A DNA stretch of 64,000 bases, taken from contig JAZLKW010000077.1 of NCBI GenBank assembly GCA_045597805.1, positions 3,792 through 67,791 on the forward strand. The letters are read 5' to 3'. The notes beneath the pieces were generated by a model. The model saw only the letters and a list, made by a program, of their open reading frames with translations. It made no database searches and was not told the DNA's origin. The position numbers and the translations under genes are program-made. How positions within the stretch are numbered: the first letter of the stretch is position 1; every line of letters starts with the position of its first letter. Shown one piece after another: positions 8,558-18,473 of this stretch. The DNA comes from Candidatus Avispirillum sp. (GTDB taxonomy: Bacteria > Bacillota > Clostridia > Oscillospirales > CAG-272).

Positions 8558-9655
8558 TCAGTCGAGAAAATCTTTCAGTCTCTTGGAGCGGCTGGGATGG
8601 CGGAGTTTGCGAAGAGCCTTAGCCTCTATCTGGCGTATGCGCTCACGGGTGATGTTGAATTCCTTACCCACCTCTTCAAGTGTATGGGTCCTGCCGTCGT
8701 TGAGTCCATAACGAAGCTTTAAGACGTGCTCCTCGCGGGGAGTCAGCGTATGGAGGACTTCCTTTATCTGTTCGCGGAGCATGGCATAGGATGCGGCATC
8801 CTGCGGTGCGGGAGAGTCGTCATCGGGGATGAAATCGCCCAGATGGCTGTCCTCCTCCTCGCCTATGGGAGTTTCGAGAGACACGGGATCCTGCGCGATC
8901 TTCATGATTTCGCGGACCTTATCGGCGGACATACCGATCTTTTCGGCGACCTCGTCTGCCGTCGCCTCGTGGCCCAGCTCCTGCAGGAGCTGCCTCTGAT
9001 AGCGGGATACCTTATGGATGGTCTCGACCATGTGCACGGGAATACGGATTGTCCTCGCCTGGTCGGCTATGGCACGGGTTATGGCCTGTCTTATCCACCA
9101 CGTTGCGTAGGTGGAGAACTTATATCCCTTGGTATAGTCAAACTTTTCGACAGCCTTCATAAGTCCCAGGTTGCCCTCCTGGATGAGATCCAGGAAAAAC
9201 ATACCCTTGCCCACGTATCTCTTTGCGATGCTTACCACCAGACGGAGATTGGCTTCGATGAGCATCTGCTTTGCCTGCTCGTCACCCTCTGTCATTCTGG
9301 CAGCGATCTCAAGCTCTTTTTCTGCGTCGAGCAAGGGCACCTTACCGATCTCTTTCAGGTACATTCTCACGGGGTCGTCGATGTTGAGACCCTCCTGCTG
9401 GAGCATCTTTTCCATATCCTCCGCGGATTCCAGCTGCTCCACCTCGGTCTCGATCTCCTCGAACTCGGCGGGGTTCTCGTAGCTTATGACCTCGATACCG
9501 TTGGCTTCCAGCTGATCGTAGATCTTTTCGATCTGGTCGATATCGTAATCGGCGAACTCTATCGCTTCCATTATATCGGAATTAGAAAGCGAGCCCTTGG
9601 TCTTGCCCTTTTCGATTAAGGATTTGACGTCAAAGTTTTTCTTTTCCTGATCCAT
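8558..9655 (-). CDS. rpoD: RNA polymerase primary sigma factor (RpoD/SigA)
   Basis: [31 protein letters not shown], plus region 4 [26 protein letters not shown]. Confidence 0.97.
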   Translation of the reverse strand: MDQEKKNFDVKSLIEKGKTKGSLSNSDIMEAIEFADYDIDQIEKIYDQLEANGIEVISYENPAEFEEIETEVEQLESAEDMEKMLQQEGLNIDDPVRMYLKEIGKVPLLDAEKELEIAARMTEGDEQAKQMLIEANLRLVVSIAKRYVGKGMFFLDLIQEGNLGLMKAVEKFDYTKGYKFSTYATWWIRQAITRAIADQARTIRIPVHMVETIHKVSRYQRQLLQELGHEATADEVAEKIGMSADKVREIMKIAQDPVSLETPIGEEEDSHLGDFIPDDDSPAPQDAASYAMLREQIKEVLHTLTPREEHVLKLRYGLNDGRTHTLEEVGKEFNITRERIRQIEAKALRKLRHPSRSKRLKDFLD

Positions 9656-9671
9656 TGTTTTTTACCGTTCC

Positions 9672-11420
9672 TTATATGTTATTTGTTTTTCTTTTGCTTT
9701 CGATGAGGGACATAAGGTCGTCTCCGGATTCCTTAAGTCTGCGGCGCTGTGCTTCCTCTTTCAGGTTTTTCACCGCCTCGCGCATAACGTCCTCGCCGTT
9801 GGAGGTGCCGCCCCTGCGCTTCTGCGCCATTTTCTCCGCTTCGGAGATTTCCTCCTGAGTAAACCTTTCGGAGAGCATAGCGAAGTCGAATCCTCCGTTC
9901 CCGGACAGCTCGCATATTGACGAAAACAGCCGGGCGTTTAGTGAGGAGGCGAAGTCCTCGGGTATCAGTTCTTTCGCTATTTTCAGATATTCGGGGCGGA
10001 TGATGAGAAGCCCTATCACCGTACGCTCTATCACGGAGGAGCGCACGTTTTTTGCGTAGTCGGGGTCGGTGCGGTTCCCTATTCCCGACAGTTCCCGGAC
10101 GATCTCGCCTCTCTCCGATTTCTTCTTTTCGGCGGCCTTTTGCTTGATCATCCCCGAAACGTCAGCGGCGACGCTTTTGGGATCTAGTTCCAGCTTCTTC
10201 GCCAGATTCTGGATATATATGTCCCGCTCCACCCGGGAACCGATTTCCGCAATACTGCGGCACAGCTCACGTGCGGCTTTCGCCTTTTCGGCGGGGTCTT
10301 CCACATTATATTTTGCCAGAGTTTTCGACACTCTGAAATCAAATTCCGTTTTACTGCCCGAAAGCACCCCGCGGAATTTCTCGGCGCCGTAGGTCTTTAT
10401 ATACTCGTCCGGGTCCTTTGCGCCCGGGATAGTCAGGACCTTTGCGTCTATCCCCGCCTCGCCCAGAAGCCGGAAAGCCTTATCAGCGGCTTTCTGTCCC
10501 GCCTCGTCGCTGTCGTAGGATATTATCACCTTGTCGGTGTATTTCTTCATTATCCGCGCCTGTTCCGCGGTGATCGCCGTACCCAGGGTCGCCACAGCGT
10601 TCTCAAATCCTGCCGCGTGCAGGGCGATGACGTCCATATAGCCCTCGCAGAGGATGAAGCCGCCCTCCGTGTGGTTCCTCGCGTAGTTCAGGGCGAACAG
10701 GTTGCGGCTCTTTTTGAACGCAGGGGTATCTGCGGAGTTTAAGTATTTGGGTACGCTGTCGTCAAGCACGCGCCCGCCGAATGCGACCACGTTGCCCGCC
10801 GTGTCGATTATGGGGAACATGACGCGGTTTCTGAAGCAGTCGTAGGTGTTATTTTCGTTCTTGCGGCTTCGCTGGCAGAGGTAGCCCGCAACCATCTCCT
10901 CGTCGGTAAAGCCCTTGGAGCGAAGATGGCGCTTCAAGCTGTCGAAGCTGTCGGGAGCATAGCCCAGACCGAAATGCTTTATTGCAGCGCCGGAGAGCTT
11001 CCGCTTTTCGAAATACGCCCTGCCGGGTGCTCCCTCCGGAGAAAACAGCACGCTTCTGAAATACTTAGCCGCCTCCAGATTCATTTCAAGCACGCGGCTG
11101 CGGGTCACTCCGCCGTTCTGTTTCGCGTCGTCATCGGGAAGCGTTATCCCCGCGCGCTTTGCCAAAAATTCCAAAGCGGGTCTGTATTCAAGATTCTCTA
11201 TCCTCATTATGAAGGAGACCACGTCTCCTCCCGCTCCGCATCCGAAGCAGTAGAAATGTCCGTCGCCGGAATATACGGTGAAGGACGGAGTCCTTTCGCT
11301 GTGAAACGGGCACAGACCTTTCAGGTTGGAGCCCGAACGGGTAAGATTTACATAAGATGAAATAACGTCCTCGATGCTGTTTCTGTATTTTAAGTCTTCG
11401 ATAATATTAGCAGGTATCAT
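9672..11420 (-). CDS. dnaG: DNA primase
   Basis: Zinc finger CPFHSERTPSFTVYSGDGHFYCFGCGAGGD and TOPRIM EGYMDVIALH. The second ATG was chosen because GGAGG abuts the first ATG at 11426. Confidence 0.95.
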   Translation of the reverse strand: MIPANIIEDLKYRNSIEDVISSYVNLTRSGSNLKGLCPFHSERTPSFTVYSGDGHFYCFGCGAGGDVVSFIMRIENLEYRPALEFLAKRAGITLPDDDAKQNGGVTRSRVLEMNLEAAKYFRSVLFSPEGAPGRAYFEKRKLSGAAIKHFGLGYAPDSFDSLKRHLRSKGFTDEEMVAGYLCQRSRKNENNTYDCFRNRVMFPIIDTAGNVVAFGGRVLDDSVPKYLNSADTPAFKKSRNLFALNYARNHTEGGFILCEGYMDVIALHAAGFENAVATLGTAITAEQARIMKKYTDKVIISYDSDEAGQKAADKAFRLLGEAGIDAKVLTIPGAKDPDEYIKTYGAEKFRGVLSGSKTEFDFRVSKTLAKYNVEDPAEKAKAARELCRSIAEIGSRVERDIYIQNLAKKLELDPKSVAADVSGMIKQKAAEKKKSERGEIVRELSGIGNRTDPDYAKNVRSSVIERTVIGLLIIRPEYLKIAKELIPEDFASSLNARLFSSICELSGNGGFDFAMLSERFTQEEISEAEKMAQKRRGGTSNGEDVMREAVKNLKEEAQRRRLKESGDDLMSLIESKRKTNNI

Positions 11421-11445
11421 CAGCATCCTCCTTCGTGTAAAGCTA

Positions 11446-12459
11446 TCAGTATTCAGACGGTGTCTGCCAAACGGACGGTACGAATATGCTCTTGAAAATG
11501 TCTATGGCGTAGCGGTCGGTCATGCTTGAAATATAGTCGCACACGCACCGCGCCACTGACTCATTTTCGGTATTCTTGTAATAAAACTCGGGCATCTTCT
11601 CCGGGTTCTTCACGAAATAATCGAAGAGCACCGTAAGCATTTCCCTCGCCTTTGCCTCCTCGCCCTTTGCCACAGGGTTGCGGTACACCGCCTCAAAGAG
11701 GAAATCTCTGAGGTCGTTCATTGTACGTCCCACCTCGTCGTCGATGAGGATATCGGGCTGATCCTTGGAGGCGTCGATCACAGCCGTCACCAGGGTATTT
11801 ATCCGCTGGCTGTGGCCCTGCCCCAGCACGTCTGTGATGTCCTTCGGAATGTCGTCGGGCTTCAGGATCCCTGCACGGCAGGCGTCATCTATGTCGTGGT
11901 TTATGTATGCTATCCTGTCGGCGAACTTGATTATGCGGCCCTCCAAAGTGGAAGCGACGCAGTCGCCGGCGTGGTTCAGCATACCGTCGCGCACCTCCCA
12001 TGTGAGGTTGAGGCCTTCGCCGCCCCGCTCCAGCTTTTCCACCACGCGGACACTTTGCTTGTAGTGGGTGAAGGAGGGATCAAAGCATTCCTGCATCACC
12101 TTTTCTCCGGCGTGGCCGAAGGGTGTGTGGCCCAGATCGTGGCCGAGAGCCGCCGCCTCGCACAGGTCCTCATTGAGCATAAGGGCACGGCATATGATGC
12201 GGGCGATCTGCGTGACCTCAAGGGTATGGGTAAGGCGGGTCCTGTAGTGCTCGTCCACGGGAAAGAGGAACACCTGCGTCTTGTGCATAAGGCGTCGGAA
12301 CGCTTTTGAGTGTATTATCTTATCCCTATCACGCTGAAACTCCGTTCTGTTCTGACAGGGGACGTAAGGATGGTCGCGTCCCTTGGTATTACAGGTGAGA
12401 AAAGCATAGGGAGAAAGAGTGGTCTTTTCTCTTTCACAGAAAATCTCCGCTAATGTCAC
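11446..12459 (-). CDS. dgt: dGTP triphosphohydrolase-like HD-domain protein
   Basis: FQRDRDKIIHSKAFRRLMHKTQVF and HD motif LGHDLGHTPFGH. It has a GTG start and the start position is uncertain. Confidence 0.85.
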   Translation of the reverse strand: MTLAEIFCEREKTTLSPYAFLTCNTKGRDHPYVPCQNRTEFQRDRDKIIHSKAFRRLMHKTQVFLFPVDEHYRTRLTHTLEVTQIARIICRALMLNEDLCEAAALGHDLGHTPFGHAGEKVMQECFDPSFTHYKQSVRVVEKLERGGEGLNLTWEVRDGMLNHAGDCVASTLEGRIIKFADRIAYINHDIDDACRAGILKPDDIPKDITDVLGQGHSQRINTLVTAVIDASKDQPDILIDDEVGRTMNDLRDFLFEAVYRNPVAKGEEAKAREMLTVLFDYFVKNPEKMPEFYYKNTENESVARCVCDYISSMTDRYAIDIFKSIFVPSVWQTPSEY

Positions 12460-12615
12460 AGGTTGCGCCGCCTTTCGTCAAAATACTTTTCAACTATAAT
12501 ATACGCTAAAATCAGCGTTTTTACTTTTTTTCGGGTAAAATATTTTAATGGACTGCGGTCAACAGCCACTACCCGCCATCCGCTTCTTAAAACTAAAATC
12601 TTAAAACTTAAAGCC

Positions 12616-12876
12616 AAAAAGCACCCCGAACGGAGCGCTGACATAGGGATTTTTTCACTGCCGACCGGCAAGAAATAATAATAAAGAATATCAAGTACGG
12701 TGGGAATAATCCGAATATCTGATAAAAAATGACCGAAACACAGGTTTCGGTCATTTTATTTTTGTCTTGCCTTCGTCCGTTCTGAATTCCTGCCGTACTC
12801 TTGTACGGCGACGGCATTCAGAACAGACAATCAGCGGCGTCTCTCTCCCTATGTGAACGCTCTTAAGGGTGCTTTT
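12616..12876 (-). repeat. MITE-like structured intergenic repeat, copy A (inverted relative to copies B and C)
   Basis: The reverse complement aligns over its full length with 49956-50218. Its ends are AAAAAGCACCC...GGGTGCTTTTT. Internal hairpins are at 12779-12824 and aatgaccgaaacacaggtttcggtcatttt. It abuts the stop codon at 12877. Confidence 0.85.
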
Positions 12877-14781
12877 TCAAAGTTCAAATACCGCCGAATC
12901 TCCGGGAGAGACTGTTTTGGTCAGTATCCTCTCCCCGTCGGTGACGGTCATCTTATAGTTTTCGCCGTACTCGATCTCAATGTCAAAAACGGTGCCGAAC
13001 GCGTCCACGCGCCTTAGCGCTGTCTTTTTCCCGCGCCACTCTGCGGGCAGGGACGGTTTTACTGAAAAGGACGAGAGCCCCGTGGGGGTGATGCCGAAAA
13101 GCCCTTCGATAACAGTTCTGCAATAGAGCCCGCCCTCGGCAGAAAGATGGCGCTGATTGCCCTCCGGCCACGCCTCTATGGGGTACGGAACGTGCTCTGA
13201 GAGCAGGCGCTTTTCAGTATAATCGCGGAACGCGGGATATATCTTGTCCGCCATTCCCGCCGCGAATATGCCGCGGAAGCAATAAAGTGTAGAGCGGTCC
13301 CAGAACATCTTATCGCCCTCGGCGGTGAGAAAACCGTTTTCCGTATAAAGGTTTTCCATGAGGGCGAGTACGGTTCCCTCCGCCCGCTCCGTCAACCCTA
13401 CGGTCAGCGGCGCGCAGATATAGGAACGAAGGATATCACATCCGGTGTAGTAAACGTAGGTCTCATATCCCTTGAAATTTGTGCCGAAATGGGCTTCTAT
13501 GCCGGCCTTCAAACGCTCTGCAAAGGCGTTATACTCCCTTTCCTTATGGTCATAGCCCAGAGATTTCGCCAGATCTGCAGCGCATCTGAGGCCGCCATAG
13601 GAAAGGCTGCTTGTCAGAAGATTGGCGTTGCCTATCTTGAATCTGGCTTCCAGCTCGTCGCAGTCGGAGGTAATGACGTGGTCGTCCGTCTCCTTTGTTG
13701 AAATGTAGCGGACACACCAGTCCACGGTATCGAAATACTTCTCCGCAAGGTCTCTGTCTCCGCGTGAAAGCAGGAAGCGTGTCACGCCATAGAGGTACAT
13801 GGAAGCGTCGCCCTCGTCACCGGCGCCCTCCCATATATCAAGGCCTTCGGCGATGATGGACGAGGGTATCATGTGCATCTCAGGGCCCATGAACGGGCGG
13901 TACAGCTCCATCATATTGACGGTAGCGCCGACACCGCCGGAAAAACCGGAAAATCCGAAATAGGGGGCGGCATACTCCGCTTCATCGTTTGCCCAGACCG
14001 CGGCGTAATACGCCTGTCCTCCGGGACAATGCATAGGTCCGCGAAGAGTGTCGAAAACGCTCTCCGAGATGCGGAGCTTGGAAAACGCAAATTCGGTGTT
14101 TACCGACTCATCCGGGCATTCCAGCACAATGCTCTCGGAAAAGATCTCCTCCGCAAAGCTTCGGCGGAGCATAAGCTCCTCGGCGGGGTCTAGGGTGACA
14201 GGATCATCGGCGATAACTCTGCCGGAATAAACCGTAGCATATACGGCGGCCTCGCCCTCTTCAAGGACGGTCTCTTTTTCGCCCCTGCTGTCTGCTCTGA
14301 GCGAATAAATACCCTTGGTACCGCGGTAAAATTGCTCGCCGTCCGGGAACGTGCATCCGATTTTAACGTCGCCGTCCGAGACGTTCATAACGGTCACATA
14401 TTCTATAAATGCGCTCTTCTCGGTGCTCGGAAAATAGTATCTCTTTATGATAAGCTTTCCGTCAGCACCTCGTGAGGTGACGGAAAGAACTCCGTCTATC
14501 CTGTATTCTTCGGGATACTCCTTTACCTCCGCGCCGCCGCAGGAAAAGGCGATATGCCCGCTTTCCGGAACATCGTGGCGTAGCGTCGCGTGGGTATCGT
14601 TGGGGATCTTACGGAGCATGGGGAAAAAGAGGCGGAAATTGCAGTTCAGCGTTCCGTCCTCGCCTGTGCCGTAGTATATGACGGCGGCGCATTTCCTGCC
14701 CGCCGTTTCAACATTGTCAGCAAAAGGATTAATTCCCCCGCGAACTATGGCGCGGTCCTTTATTTCCCAATACTTCATCAT
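12877..14781 (-). CDS. Hypothetical protein, possibly an (alpha/alpha)6 glycoside-hydrolase-like enzyme
   Basis: A 634-aa ORF whose start overlaps the upstream stop as ATGA. The function call rests only on context and weak recognition (AAVWANDEAEYAAPYFGF). Confidence 0.5.
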   Translation of the reverse strand: MMKYWEIKDRAIVRGGINPFADNVETAGRKCAAVIYYGTGEDGTLNCNFRLFFPMLRKIPNDTHATLRHDVPESGHIAFSCGGAEVKEYPEEYRIDGVLSVTSRGADGKLIIKRYYFPSTEKSAFIEYVTVMNVSDGDVKIGCTFPDGEQFYRGTKGIYSLRADSRGEKETVLEEGEAAVYATVYSGRVIADDPVTLDPAEELMLRRSFAEEIFSESIVLECPDESVNTEFAFSKLRISESVFDTLRGPMHCPGGQAYYAAVWANDEAEYAAPYFGFSGFSGGVGATVNMMELYRPFMGPEMHMIPSSIIAEGLDIWEGAGDEGDASMYLYGVTRFLLSRGDRDLAEKYFDTVDWCVRYISTKETDDHVITSDCDELEARFKIGNANLLTSSLSYGGLRCAADLAKSLGYDHKEREYNAFAERLKAGIEAHFGTNFKGYETYVYYTGCDILRSYICAPLTVGLTERAEGTVLALMENLYTENGFLTAEGDKMFWDRSTLYCFRGIFAAGMADKIYPAFRDYTEKRLLSEHVPYPIEAWPEGNQRHLSAEGGLYCRTVIEGLFGITPTGLSSFSVKPSLPAEWRGKKTALRRVDAFGTVFDIEIEYGENYKMTVTDGERILTKTVSPGDSAVFEL

Positions 14782-16541
14782 TCAACAGGATCCCACATAA
14801 GAGTATATTTCATGTAGTCTGGGTCGCTCAGCGAGGATATGTTATTGAACTCGCGGTTGTTGGTTATCCCATAGCGGCGCATATAAATGAAGCGCTTTTC
14901 GTTGTTCTTGAGAAACTCGGCTGTCAGTTTTTCCTTTTCTTCTCCCTCTGCAGCGTTTGCTTTTTCACGGGTAACAAAGTCTATATAATCAAGAAGCTGT
15001 ATCCTTGATCTGCGGATGTTGGCCAGATACCAGCCGTTTTCGGCACATGCCTCCGCCTTATCGAAAAGCTCGTTCCCGAGCCGGATATATTCTTCCTTGC
15101 CCGCCATTTTGGACTCGAGACCGCGTACCCATATATATTCGGAGGAATTGTCGTAATAGATACCGAAATGAGAGTCCTCGGAGCATTTTGCCGCCAGTTC
15201 CAGATACTCTTCGATGTATTTTCCGCCGGCACCGTAGTAGTCTGCGATGAACTCGCGCATGAGGGCGATATACTCCTCTTCTGTCATGTACGGATTCCAC
15301 AGTATGCGTGCAAGGATATATCCGCGAAGCTCCGCGAATTCACCGTTGGGAGAGGCGAAATTTCCCTGTTCAAACATACCGCACACGCCCTGATCCGCAA
15401 AGAATCTCTCGTTTTTAAGAAGCGTTCGGAAATTGAAAAACAGAGTGTTGAAATCGGTAAAGTCGGTGGTATAGTTCCAGATAGTCAGTCTGGGCGCGAT
15501 CTTCGTCCACTCTCTCACGTCGCCTGCGAAGGACGTACCCGTCTCTCCGTGGCCGGGAGTGCAGTCGCATTCCGACACAGGGTGGTTGAAGCAGCACTCG
15601 ATGGAGCAAAGACGGACGATGACGTTCTTTCTCGGGCGCACGGTCTTGGGAGGCTTACGGGTAAATCTGTACGCAAAGGTATCGAACATAACGTCCGGGT
15701 ACTCGGGCTCAAGCTTCTCTGCAACACGGTTGACGAAATCGAGCATGGTGCCCATCTGCGACTCTTCTCTATCGTTTATTGCCTGACACCTCTCACATTT
15801 GCATGCGCCGGAGTCGCCGTCGTTCTGAGTGATGGAAACCAGCCGGGCGTCGGGATGCTCGGAGAGAAGCCAGCGAAGATTATTCACAACGGTGTCAAAG
15901 GTCTTCTCATCTGTAAGGCAGGGCTGACTCCATGCCCTTTCGCCGAACTTGCACTGCCCCGCGAGCCATCCGATGGTATGCTCAAAGCCACCCTCGTAGT
16001 TGACATCGCCGCCTAACTCTGCGGGAAATCTTTTTCTGCCGTGACAACCGTTGATCTTCAGCTTCGCGGAAATAGCAGGATCAGTAACAGGGTACCAATA
16101 CGGGTTTCTGTAGAAGAAGACGGGAACCTCACGGTCATCTTCAAAGGGCGCGATCTCGAGGGCATCCGTCTCGGGGACCTTCTCAAAATCATTGAGATAA
16201 AATCTGACGCCGCAGAACTTTTCGAGAAAAGTATAAACGCCGTAGAGGGCGCCGCGCACGCCGCTTCCTAAGATGAATATTTTTTCGTCGATATTTCTGA
16301 TAATAAAGCCCTCGTCTCCCAGCTCAGCGACCTCTTCTTCGGTGTATCCGCCACGGTCCGTATAGCCGATGACGATCTCCTTATCCTCTTGATGCCTGTT
16401 GGACTGAAACTCGGGCAGGTACGCTCCCGTTATCTTCGCAAGGTACTTTTTCAGCTCCTGCGCAGCATGGTAATAAGCCTCCGTGGGCTTTACGGGATAA
16501 ATTATACTGTACTCGCTCTCTCTGCCTTTTGCAATGATCAT
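14778..16541 (-). CDS. DUF4838-family protein (cytoplasmic paralogue, no signal peptide or dockerin)
   Basis: IIAKGRESEYSIIYPVKPTE...FYRNPYWY...DGDSGACKCERCQ. The start overlaps the recombinase stop as ATGA. Confidence 0.8.
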   Translation of the reverse strand: MIIAKGRESEYSIIYPVKPTEAYYHAAQELKKYLAKITGAYLPEFQSNRHQEDKEIVIGYTDRGGYTEEEVAELGDEGFIIRNIDEKIFILGSGVRGALYGVYTFLEKFCGVRFYLNDFEKVPETDALEIAPFEDDREVPVFFYRNPYWYPVTDPAISAKLKINGCHGRKRFPAELGGDVNYEGGFEHTIGWLAGQCKFGERAWSQPCLTDEKTFDTVVNNLRWLLSEHPDARLVSITQNDGDSGACKCERCQAINDREESQMGTMLDFVNRVAEKLEPEYPDVMFDTFAYRFTRKPPKTVRPRKNVIVRLCSIECCFNHPVSECDCTPGHGETGTSFAGDVREWTKIAPRLTIWNYTTDFTDFNTLFFNFRTLLKNERFFADQGVCGMFEQGNFASPNGEFAELRGYILARILWNPYMTEEEYIALMREFIADYYGAGGKYIEEYLELAAKCSEDSHFGIYYDNSSEYIWVRGLESKMAGKEEYIRLGNELFDKAEACAENGWYLANIRRSRIQLLDYIDFVTREKANAAEGEEKEKLTAEFLKNNEKRFIYMRRYGITNNREFNNISSLSDPDYMKYTLMWDPVE

Positions 16542-17563
16542 GTCTTGTCCTCGCTTTTAGTTTCCTTGATTTTTATATTGGCAAGAGGGTTATGCTCCAT
16601 GGCACGTTCCATACCCTCGTTGCTGACGTGTGTATATATCTGTGTGGTGTTCAACTGCTCGTGACCCAAAATATCTTTTAATACTCTTATGTCCACATCA
16701 CCGGACTGATACATTAAGGTTGCAGCAGTATGTCTCAGCTTATGGGTGGAGTAATGCTTATATTCCAGCCCGGCCTCGCCCAGATACTTTTTAACCATCC
16801 ATTGTACGGTCTTGACGCTTATACGCTGACCGCGGCTCGACAGAAACAGCGCCTGCTCGCGCTCTTTGACCCTGGGGTCAGCGAGCCGCTTTTTAAGGTA
16901 CACCGTCAGCGCGTCGCGGCAGGCGGGATTGAGATAAACCACTCTCTCCTTGGAGCCTTTACCTATGACTCGCAGGGATTTGAGGTCGCGGTCTATATCG
17001 CCCAACGATATGCCGCAGAGCTCGGAAAGACGCATGCCGCAGTTGAGAAAAAGAGTCAGTATACAGTAATCGCGGTCTTTCGACTTTGAATCAGGGTCGT
17101 TTTTTACCGCCGATAAAAGCTCCACACACTCATCCATGGAGAGGTGCTTGGGAAGCTGTTTTTTCTTTTTAGGGGATTCTATATCCTTCGCGGGGTTGTT
17201 CTCTATTTTGTGAAGACGCACCGTGGCGGTCTTGTAAAAGCTTCTGATAGCCGACAGTTTTCTTGCCTTGGAGGCGTTGCCGTTGCCGCGGGCGTTGGCG
17301 GCGTACGCTATGAACTCGTAGACCTCCGACTCCTTGACCGACGCAAAAAAATCCCAGTCGAGCGTTGAGATGTCGGTCTTCTGCATCGTCTCGTCATCTA
17401 TGGGCTGTTTTGCGCGCTTCAAGATAAGGTAACGGCAGAATGTCCTGAGGTCCAGAAGGTACTCGGACACCGTTTTATGGGACAGGCCGCTGATATTCTT
17501 ATACGTGGCAAAATCGAGAAGCGGCTGCGGGTATCCGTCCAGATCGTCGTATGCAGGCATCAT
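16538..17563 (-). CDS. Tyrosine site-specific recombinase (XerC/XerD-like integrase family)
   Basis: Start set at MMPAYDD (GGAAAGGAAG RBS). Catalytic signature: GMRLSEL, GKGSKERVV, HKLRHTAAT, LGHEQLNTTQIYTHV. The 189-aa upstream extension in the ORF track was ignored. Confidence 0.9.
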   Translation of the reverse strand: MMPAYDDLDGYPQPLLDFATYKNISGLSHKTVSEYLLDLRTFCRYLILKRAKQPIDDETMQKTDISTLDWDFFASVKESEVYEFIAYAANARGNGNASKARKLSAIRSFYKTATVRLHKIENNPAKDIESPKKKKQLPKHLSMDECVELLSAVKNDPDSKSKDRDYCILTLFLNCGMRLSELCGISLGDIDRDLKSLRVIGKGSKERVVYLNPACRDALTVYLKKRLADPRVKEREQALFLSSRGQRISVKTVQWMVKKYLGEAGLEYKHYSTHKLRHTAATLMYQSGDVDIRVLKDILGHEQLNTTQIYTHVSNEGMERAMEHNPLANIKIKETKSEDKT

Positions 17564-17692
17564 GTCACTTCCTTTCCCCGTTGCTTTACCTAATAATATC
17601 ATACTTTGCGGGAAAAACATAGATATTTTGTAAATTTTTTCGATAGGCTCTTGAAATCCGCACGGCATGCTATAAAATAGTAAAAAAGCGAG

Positions 17693-18304
17693 GTGAGGAA
17701 CTTCTTGAAGACAAGTTCGAAATACAGCTACGGCACTCCCGTGAAAAAACTGTTGCTTAACCAGTTCGGCGCGGCAGTGTTGGGCATCATGCTCTTTATG
17801 GCGAGCCGCAACAGCGTTGTCATGTCGCTGTTCACCGGCATTTTCACCACCTGCTTTTATATGGTGATAGACTACACCTCCATGTGGGACATAGGCGCCC
17901 GCGACCGGATAAAGGTGGATGGCGGCAGAGCCGAAAAGGACCTGTTCGTAGGGACCAAAGCGGCGCTTCTTGCCGGGATCCCCAATGTCATACTCGGTCT
18001 CGGATGTACCCTTTTCACAATCTTCGACAGCATGCAGAACTCTGTGGTGATTCTCTGCCGCAACATCGCCATCATGTGGGAAAGCATGTACTCCGGCATC
18101 CTCTGGACAGTTTTTCCAAAGACCCTGCACGTGGTAGACGGCGTTGCCAATTACGCGTACGACGTGGTCGATAATCCCGCGGGGGCCCTTTATATGTCAC
18201 TTTACCTTGTGATCATTATTCCCGCAGTCGCGGCGGCTACCCTCGGTTATATCGCGGGATTCAGCAATTTCCGCATCATCAAACGCAAAAAAGACGAAAA
18301 ATAA
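17693..18304 (+). CDS. Hypothetical polytopic membrane protein
   Basis: About 5 predicted TM helices and no recognisable family. The start is uncertain: GTG at 17693, or TTG at 17705 preceded by AGGTGAGG. Confidence 0.6.
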   Translation: MRNFLKTSSKYSYGTPVKKLLLNQFGAAVLGIMLFMASRNSVVMSLFTGIFTTCFYMVIDYTSMWDIGARDRIKVDGGRAEKDLFVGTKAALLAGIPNVILGLGCTLFTIFDSMQNSVVILCRNIAIMWESMYSGILWTVFPKTLHVVDGVANYAYDVVDNPAGALYMSLYLVIIIPAVAAATLGYIAGFSNFRIIKRKKDEK

Positions 18305-18316
18305 TAAAATCAAATT

Positions 18317-18423
18317 TGAAGAGTAAGATCCGGCGCGTAAGTGCCGTGCGGACGGGGAGTTGCCGCACGGACGAATTTGTTGCACATCCGCGACATGCGG
18401 TGCCGTGTCTGCATCCCGCTTCA
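18317..18423 (+). promoter_or_regulatory. THF (tetrahydrofolate) riboswitch
   Basis: It matches remembered THF-I features: AGAGTAaG...GCGCGTAAGTG...CGGACGGGGAGTTGCCGCACGGACGAA...GCATCCCGCTTC. It lies directly upstream of folT. A downstream atctcctttt segment could mask the GGAAGGAGG RBS. Confidence 0.8.
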
Positions 18424-18473
18424 ACGGACTGGATATCTCCTTTTCGCTGACTACGGGAAGGAGGTATTTTTAT

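Noticed and set aside
8482-8559. An 8-bp inverted repeat (gagggcac / gtgccctc) flanking the 62-bp segment that contains the solute-binding-protein promoter, considered as a possible invertible promoter.
   Set aside because: The arms are too short to be distinguished from chance. One arm overlaps the rpoD stop codon, and there is no evidence of the alternative orientation.
17564-18130. A 189-aa N-terminal extension of the recombinase ORF (ORF track 16538..18130).
   Set aside because: The extension has no integrase N-terminal domain features and overlaps the promoter region and the opposite-strand membrane gene. A strong RBS precedes the internal MMPAYDD start.
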